Assembly (NCBI GenBank): GCA_049967655.1
Contig: JBMFSH010000002.1
Span: 32,001-96,000, forward strand
Direction: 5' to 3'
Source: Acidobacteriota bacterium
GTDB lineage: Bacteria; Acidobacteriota; UBA4820; DSQY01
Length of the DNA stretch: 64,000 bases
The notes below the pieces were generated by a model that was not told the origin of the DNA, did not search any database, and was given only the letters and a program-made list of their open reading frames with translations. Positions within the stretch are counted from its first letter, which is position 1. Each line of letters starts with the position of its first letter. The translations under genes and the position numbers were made by a program. Positions 58,978 to 64,000 of this stretch are shown piece after piece.

Positions 58978-59529
58978 GTGACGCTCGCCAACCTACTCAC
59001 CGTCTTCAGGCTGGTTCTGATCCCCTTCTTCCTCATGGCGGTCTTTTACGGCCATGCCCGGGTGGCCTTGGCGATCTTCCTCTGTGCCGGAATCACCGAC
59101 GGTCTCGACGGCTTCATCGCCCGGTTCTTCAACCAGCGGACGGCCCTGGGGGCATTTCTCGATCCCATGGCCGATAAGCTCATGCTCACCAGCGCCTTCG
59201 TCGCCCTGGCCATCCCCGAAGCCGGACTTGGCTACAGCATTCCCGTCTGGCTCCCGGTGCTCACCATCGCCCGCGACGTGGTCATCGTGCTCCTCTCGCT
59301 TCTCCTGAACCTTGCCTTCAATCTCAAACAGTTCCCTCCCTCGGTGCCGGGAAAGATGACCACCTTTTTCCAGATTAGCTTCGTGGTGGCCGTCCTGCTG
59401 CAGAACGCCTACTCCTTTCCTGCCGAGGTCGTCACGGGCCTTATGTGGACCGTGGCCTTCTTTACCGTCTTTTCCGGGATCCATTACTTGTGGAGGATGC
59501 GCTCCATGACGAAAGGGGTGGATTCGTGA
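58978..59529 (+). CDS. pgsA: CDP-alcohol phosphatidyltransferase (PgsA-like)
   Basis: ANLLT..R; DGLDG..AR...Q.T.LG..LDP.ADK. Confidence 0.85.
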   Translation: MTLANLLTVFRLVLIPFFLMAVFYGHARVALAIFLCAGITDGLDGFIARFFNQRTALGAFLDPMADKLMLTSAFVALAIPEAGLGYSIPVWLPVLTIARDVVIVLLSLLLNLAFNLKQFPPSVPGKMTTFFQISFVVAVLLQNAYSFPAEVVTGLMWTVAFFTVFSGIHYLWRMRSMTKGVDS

Positions 59530-60020
59530 AGCCTGCCTGCTGGGTACCACCACTCCTCCTGCTTCTGGCCTTCACCTCCGCCTGCGGCGGATCCCCGCCA
59601 GCCCCGGCTCGTCCAGCCGCCGCGCCCATCGCTGTGTTTCCCGATGGGTGGACGGTCAAGCTCAAGCTGGCCCTGACTCCCGAGGAGCAGGCGCAGGGAT
59701 TGATGTACGTCAAGGAGCTGCCGCCCGATCGAGGCATGCTCTTTCTCTTCCCCGATGATGCCCAAAGGCCCTTTTGGATGAAGAACTGCTTCATCTCGCT
59801 GGACATGATCTGGCTGGACGCCAACAACGTGGTGGTGGACATTACCCGCGACGCTCCACCCTGCACCCAGGATCCCTGCCCCAATTACATGCCCGACCGC
59901 TCCGCGAGAAACGTGCTGGAGGTCCTGGGCGGCCTCTGCGCCACCCACCACGTCGAGGTGGGAGACCGGCTTCTGCTCATCGGCGTTCCCAAGCTTCCCT
60001 CCGCCCGGGAGGGCTCTTAG
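59526..60020 (+). CDS. DUF192 domain lipoprotein
   Basis: Lipobox TSAC; GLM, GMLF, FWMKN..I.LD and VLE motifs; GTGA overlap with pgsA. Confidence 0.88.
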   Translation: MKPACWVPPLLLLLAFTSACGGSPPAPARPAAAPIAVFPDGWTVKLKLALTPEEQAQGLMYVKELPPDRGMLFLFPDDAQRPFWMKNCFISLDMIWLDANNVVVDITRDAPPCTQDPCPNYMPDRSARNVLEVLGGLCATHHVEVGDRLLLIGVPKLPSAREGS

Positions 60021-60029
60021 GAGGCATCC

Positions 60030-60470
60030 GTGGTCTGGAAGGGACGTAGCGGCAGCGACCGCGCCTTCAACGCACCCCTAGCACTCGGCTTCCTTCTGCT
60101 TCGGACCGCCGTGGGCGTGATCTTCGTCGTGCATGGGTGGGAGAAGGTCAGCACGCGGGTTCACCACTTCACTCCCGTAGTAGCCAGCCTTCGATTCCCC
60201 CACCCCGTGGTTTTCGCCTGGCTGGCCGCCCTCTCCGAACTGCTCGGGGGCCTCTCGCTGATCCTGGGGGTGTACGCCCGCGTAGGCGCCCTCTTCCTGT
60301 GCGTCGTCATGGCCGTGGCGATCATGGGTGTGCATTGGAGCCACGGCCTGACGGGTAGCGAGGGGTTCGAGTTTCCGCTGGCGCTCTTCGCCTCCTGCCT
60401 CCTCCTCCTGCTCGGCGGCGGGGGTCCGTGGAGCCTGGATCGCCTCTGGACCCGCTCTCCCTGGCGTTGA
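60030..60470 (+). CDS. DoxX family membrane protein
   Basis: LLR...G..F..HG..K; E..GG; VH; G.E..L; G.G..SLD. Confidence 0.88.
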   Translation: MVWKGRSGSDRAFNAPLALGFLLLRTAVGVIFVVHGWEKVSTRVHHFTPVVASLRFPHPVVFAWLAALSELLGGLSLILGVYARVGALFLCVVMAVAIMGVHWSHGLTGSEGFEFPLALFASCLLLLLGGGGPWSLDRLWTRSPWR

Positions 60471-60527
60471 CCACCTCGGAACCTTCAGAACCGCCTTTCA
60501 CAGCACCTTGATAGGCCCTTGATACCA

Positions 60528-60556
60528 TTGACACGCCCGAAGGGCGGGGCTATACT
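60528..60556 (+). promoter_or_regulatory. Sigma70-type promoter of rpsA
   Basis: TTGACA-N17-TATACT. Confidence 0.8.
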
Positions 60557-60614
60557 CGCTCCGGTTTTCTGCTCTGCATGAAGACCAAATAAAAAACCAG
60601 GAGGTAGTTCATTC

Positions 60615-62405
60615 ATGAGCACAAGCGAAGAGAAGGACCACCAGGGTCAAACTGCGCCTTTCGAGGTTCCGGCCGAATGGCTCAGCCTGAGTTCCGACAC
60701 CATTGGGGACGCAGCACCCGTGGACATGGGAGCGCTGCTGAAGGCCAAGGTGGCGGACCACAGCGAGCGGCAGCTCATCTGCGGGCGTGTGGTGGCCGTA
60801 ACCCCCACGGATGTTCTGGTCGACGTGGGGCTTAAGAGCGAGGGCGTGGTGCCCCGCGAGGAGTTCACGAGCCCTAGGGGCGAACTCACCGTGCAGATCG
60901 GGGACGACGTGGAAGTGTTCCTCGAGCGCATGGAGGACGCCAACGGGCACGTGGTGCTCAGCAAGGTCAAGGCCCAGAAGATGAAGGCCTGGGAAGAGGT
61001 GGAGCACGCCTACAAGGAAGGCCGCCCCATCAAGGGCGTCATCCTCGACCGCGTGAAGGGCGGCCTCGCCGTCGACGTGGGCGTTCGCGCCTTCCTTCCC
61101 GGATCCCTGGTGGACCTTCAGCCCGTTCGCAACCTGCGCGCCCTCAAGGGCCAGGAAGTGGAAATGCGGGTCATCAAGGTAAACCGCAAGCGCGGAAACA
61201 TCGTGCTGTCCCGTAAGGCCTTCCTGGAGGAGCGCGTGGCCTCCCAGAAGGAGCGCATCCTCGAGGCCGTCCAGCAGGGCAGGCCCGTCAAGGGCGTGAT
61301 CAAGAACCTGACCAACTTCGGCGCCTTCGTGGACCTGGGCGGAATCGACGGCCTGCTCCACGTCACCGACATGTCCTGGAAGCGGATCAACCATCCCTCC
61401 GAGATGTTCCAGGTGGGCGACGAGGTGGAGGTGCTCATCCTGAATTACGACGAGGAGAACGGCAAGCTCCAGCTCGGGTTCAAGCAGAAGGAGCCGTCCC
61501 CCTGGACCAACGTGGCCGAACGCTACCCCATCGGCACCAAGGTGAAGGGCAAGGTGATCTCCCTCACCAACTACGGCGCCTTCGTCGAGCTGGAGCCGGG
61601 GATCGAGGGCATGATCCACGTCTCCGAGATGTCCTGGACCAAGAAGGTCAAGCACCCCTCGGCGGTCTTGAACGTGGGAGACATGGTGGAGGTGGTGGTC
61701 CTGGATATCGACCAGGACGCCCAGCGCATCTCCCTGGGCCTCAAGCAGGCGGAGCCCAACCCCTGGGATATCATCACCGAGACTTACAACGAGGGCGACC
61801 GCGTGGTGGGCAAGGTCCGCAACATCACCGATTTCGGCGTTTTCGTCGAGGTGTTGGACGGAGTGGATGGCCTGGTGCACATCTCGGACCTCTCCTGGAA
61901 GCGAATCAACCACCCCAGCGAGGTGGTCAAGAAGGGGGATGAGGTCGAGGCGGTCATCACCAACATCGACGCCGTGAACCAGCGACTCTCCCTCAGCATG
62001 AAAGCCCTCCAACCCGATATTTGGGAGAAGTTCTTCCAGGGACATTACGTGGGCGACGTGGTCCCCGGCGTGGTCACCAAGATCGTCGACTTCGGAGCCT
62101 TCGTGGATCTGGGCGACGGCGTCGAGGGGCTGGTCCACATCTCGGAACTCTCCGACAAGCACATCAGCAGCTGCGCCGAGGTGGTCGAGGTGGGCCAATC
62201 CTATCCCTTCAAGATCATCCGCCTCGAACCCCACGAGAAGCGCATCGGCCTTTCCCTCAAGGAGGGCTTCCGCCGCGAGCGCCAGCAGCATCGCGAGCGG
62301 GAAGAGGAACCCACCCATTACTCCTCCGGGGACGAGGGCCGGGTGAGCCTGGGCGATGTCCTGGACTTCAGCGGGTTTCATAAGAACGAGGAGGATGCGG
62401 AATGA
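60615..62405 (+). CDS. rpsA: 30S ribosomal protein S1
   Basis: Six S1 repeats (FGAFVDLG..DGL.H.S); GLKSEG and AFLPGS motifs. Confidence 0.97.
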   Translation: MSTSEEKDHQGQTAPFEVPAEWLSLSSDTIGDAAPVDMGALLKAKVADHSERQLICGRVVAVTPTDVLVDVGLKSEGVVPREEFTSPRGELTVQIGDDVEVFLERMEDANGHVVLSKVKAQKMKAWEEVEHAYKEGRPIKGVILDRVKGGLAVDVGVRAFLPGSLVDLQPVRNLRALKGQEVEMRVIKVNRKRGNIVLSRKAFLEERVASQKERILEAVQQGRPVKGVIKNLTNFGAFVDLGGIDGLLHVTDMSWKRINHPSEMFQVGDEVEVLILNYDEENGKLQLGFKQKEPSPWTNVAERYPIGTKVKGKVISLTNYGAFVELEPGIEGMIHVSEMSWTKKVKHPSAVLNVGDMVEVVVLDIDQDAQRISLGLKQAEPNPWDIITETYNEGDRVVGKVRNITDFGVFVEVLDGVDGLVHISDLSWKRINHPSEVVKKGDEVEAVITNIDAVNQRLSLSMKALQPDIWEKFFQGHYVGDVVPGVVTKIVDFGAFVDLGDGVEGLVHISELSDKHISSCAEVVEVGQSYPFKIIRLEPHEKRIGLSLKEGFRRERQQHREREEEPTHYSSGDEGRVSLGDVLDFSGFHKNEEDAE

Positions 62406-62677
62406 CCAAGGCTGATCTAATCGAACTGGTCGCCCAAAGGGCAGACCTGCCGAAGAAACCCGCCGAGATCATCGTCAATACCATCTTCCAGTCCGTGACG
62501 GAGGCGCTGGACAAGGGTGAGAAGGTGGAACTTCGGGGTTTCGGCTCCTTCCGCATGAAGATCCGCGAGGCCCGCACCGCTCGGAATCCGAAGACCGGTG
62601 AGAGGGTTCAAGTGGGCCAGAAGAAGGTCCCCCACTTCCGCGCCGGCAAGGAGCTGCGGGAAGCGGTCAACCGTTAG
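62402..62677 (+). CDS. ihfB: Integration host factor beta / HU family DNA-binding protein
   Basis: MTKADLIE, VELRGFGSF, ARNPKTGE and F.AGKELR motifs; rpsA-ihfB synteny. Confidence 0.85.
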   Translation: MTKADLIELVAQRADLPKKPAEIIVNTIFQSVTEALDKGEKVELRGFGSFRMKIREARTARNPKTGERVQVGQKKVPHFRAGKELREAVNR

Positions 62678-62690
62678 CAAACCAAGCTGA

Positions 62691-62730
62691 GGGGGTCCCG
62701 CTCTTCCAGAGCGTGGGCCCCTTCTCTTTT
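62691..62730 (+). terminator. Probable intrinsic terminator after ihfB
   Basis: GGGGTCCCGCTCT-TCC-AGAGCGTGGGCCCC followed by TTCTCTTTT. Confidence 0.55.
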
Positions 62731-62744
62731 CCTCGGGCCTGCTC

Positions 62745-63236
62745 ATGGAGATCGTCTACACGCCCTGGCGTCTGGAGTACGTGCAGTCCCCCAAGCAGGC
62801 GGGCGAGTGCGTCTTCTGCAGGGCCTTCACCGACGAGCCGTCCCTCGAAAATCTTGTGGTCTATCGGGACGAGGAAATGGCCGTGATGCTCAACCGCTAT
62901 CCTTACACCAACGGTCACATGCTGGTGATCCCGCGGCCTCACGTCAACAGCCTCACGGGACTGACCCCGTCCCTGCGAGCCTCCGCGGCAGAGATCCTCA
63001 CCTACTGCGAGGCGGTCCTGCGCAAGCTCTACCACGCACACGGAATCAACGTGGGCTTGAACCTGGGCCAAGCCGCCGGCGCCGGAATCATCGACCACCT
63101 CCACTGGCACATCCTGCCGCGATGGACCGGCGACACCAATTTCGTCACCGTTTTTGGTAACCTCCGCGTCATACCCGAGGACCTGGCAGACTCCTTCGCG
63201 AGGCTTGGTGGTGCCTTCCCAGAGCGAATTCGCTGA
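62745..63236 (+). CDS. HIT family hydrolase (Ap4A phosphorylase/Fhit-like)
   Basis: PWR..Y, CVFC, LNRYPY..GH, N.G.NLG.AAGAG and HLHWH histidine triad. Confidence 0.9.
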   Translation: MEIVYTPWRLEYVQSPKQAGECVFCRAFTDEPSLENLVVYRDEEMAVMLNRYPYTNGHMLVIPRPHVNSLTGLTPSLRASAAEILTYCEAVLRKLYHAHGINVGLNLGQAAGAGIIDHLHWHILPRWTGDTNFVTVFGNLRVIPEDLADSFARLGGAFPERIR

Positions 63237-63252
63237 GCCACCGTCCGGTTCC

Positions 63253-63642
63253 ATGAACTCCCAGCTTCCGCCGGCCACCCTCCACTTTCAGCGCTACCGT
63301 GCGGCCTACGAGGCCATGGAGACCGCTTCGGCGAAGGGCGATCTTCAATCCGCCGGGGTCGCGGCCCTGGAAGCCGTACGCCAGGCGCTGCTGGGCCTGC
63401 TGGAACAGAAGACGATTCCCCACGCGCCGGACGTCGGCTTCATCGAGGCCTCCCAGGCATTGGCCAAGCATATGGGAACGCCCTGTCTCCCCTCCAAGGT
63501 GGCCTCCGTTCTCCTGCTCGGCGCCGATGTGGGAAGCAGTTCTCAGGAGCTTTCCCGGAGACGCAACCTCATCTCCACGGCCTCCGACATCGCTTCCACC
63601 TTGGCTTCCATGCTGGACCCGAAGAGCGCTCCGAAGCCCTGA
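63253..63642 (+). CDS. Hypothetical helical protein, weakly HEPN-like
   Basis: ORF downstream of HIT; A...ALEAVRQALLGLL....IP resembles the HEPN N-terminal helix. Confidence 0.45.
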   Translation: MNSQLPPATLHFQRYRAAYEAMETASAKGDLQSAGVAALEAVRQALLGLLEQKTIPHAPDVGFIEASQALAKHMGTPCLPSKVASVLLLGADVGSSSQELSRRRNLISTASDIASTLASMLDPKSAPKP

Positions 63643-63764
63643 AAGGGTCCTCTTCTCCCCTGCAAACCGCTGAAGGCAGCGCACGCCTGGCGGAGAGGAC
63701 GGGGCCGGCGGCCAAGCCACTTTCCCTGGGGTCTTCGGCTCCTCGAGGCCGCACGGCTTCCCGG

Positions 63765-64000
63765 CTAAGGCTTGCCCGAAGGGCTAGGCGCGGGACGCGG
63801 AGCCTTCGGCTGCGGGCTCTCTTGCCCCGCGGGAATGGCAGGATTCGCCGCGTTCGCGGGCAAACTGTACCCCCACCGGGCTTCGGGCAGCCGGATCTCC
63901 CCCCCCAGGTTCGCGGTCCAGCCCATGAGGCCCGCGATGCCGAGGGAGAGCGCCAGGCAGGTGCCCATGAACCACCTGGGGACGTCCTTCTCATGCCTCC
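63765..64000 (-). CDS. 3' end of a membrane protein (DUF2231-like), truncated by the window edge
   Basis: Open frame from the edge: ...RWFMGTCLALSLGIAGLMGWTANLGGEIRLPEAR. Confidence 0.55.
   Translation of the reverse strand, partial: RHEKDVPRWFMGTCLALSLGIAGLMGWTANLGGEIRLPEARWGYSLPANAANPAIPAGQESPQPKAPRPAPSPSGKP

Overview
High-GC bacterial chromosomal segment; gene content and order suggest an Acidobacteriota-like organism (inference only). It is mostly housekeeping: tRNA-Arg/tRNA-Leu-tig-clpP-clpX-lon-engB-rho, purE-tsaC-cobB, dNK-panBCD, amidase-GerMN-murI-rph, tRNA-Gly, ccmE-ccmF-mtnA-tsaD, tRNA-Lys, lepB, miaA-hfq, pgsA and rpsA-ihfB. Accessory blocks include a dps-perR-rubrerythrin-Fe-S oxidoreductase-DUF3501 peroxide-stress cluster, a MacAB-type ABC exporter, a secreted transglutaminase, a heptaheme cytochrome c and an Oar-like TonB-dependent receptor. 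The best candidates for undescribed biology are four. (1) A self-contained cAMP module at 53100-58854: CRP, a CRP box, a secreted LPP20-like protein, a CHASE2 adenylate cyclase and two FlgT/CsgG-like envelope proteins. (2) A tandem structured ~50-nt motif in the leader of the heptaheme cytochrome gene (candidate riboswitch). (3) A His-rich insert in the PPIase domain of trigger factor. (4) Several small non-autonomous repeat elements: a TIR-bounded MITE, octamer-armed palindromes and a tRNA-Lys 3'-end duplication. A pan-motif-like attenuator precedes panB. No CRISPR array, prophage, integrase or transposase was recognised. All family assignments come from motif recognition by eye, not database searches.
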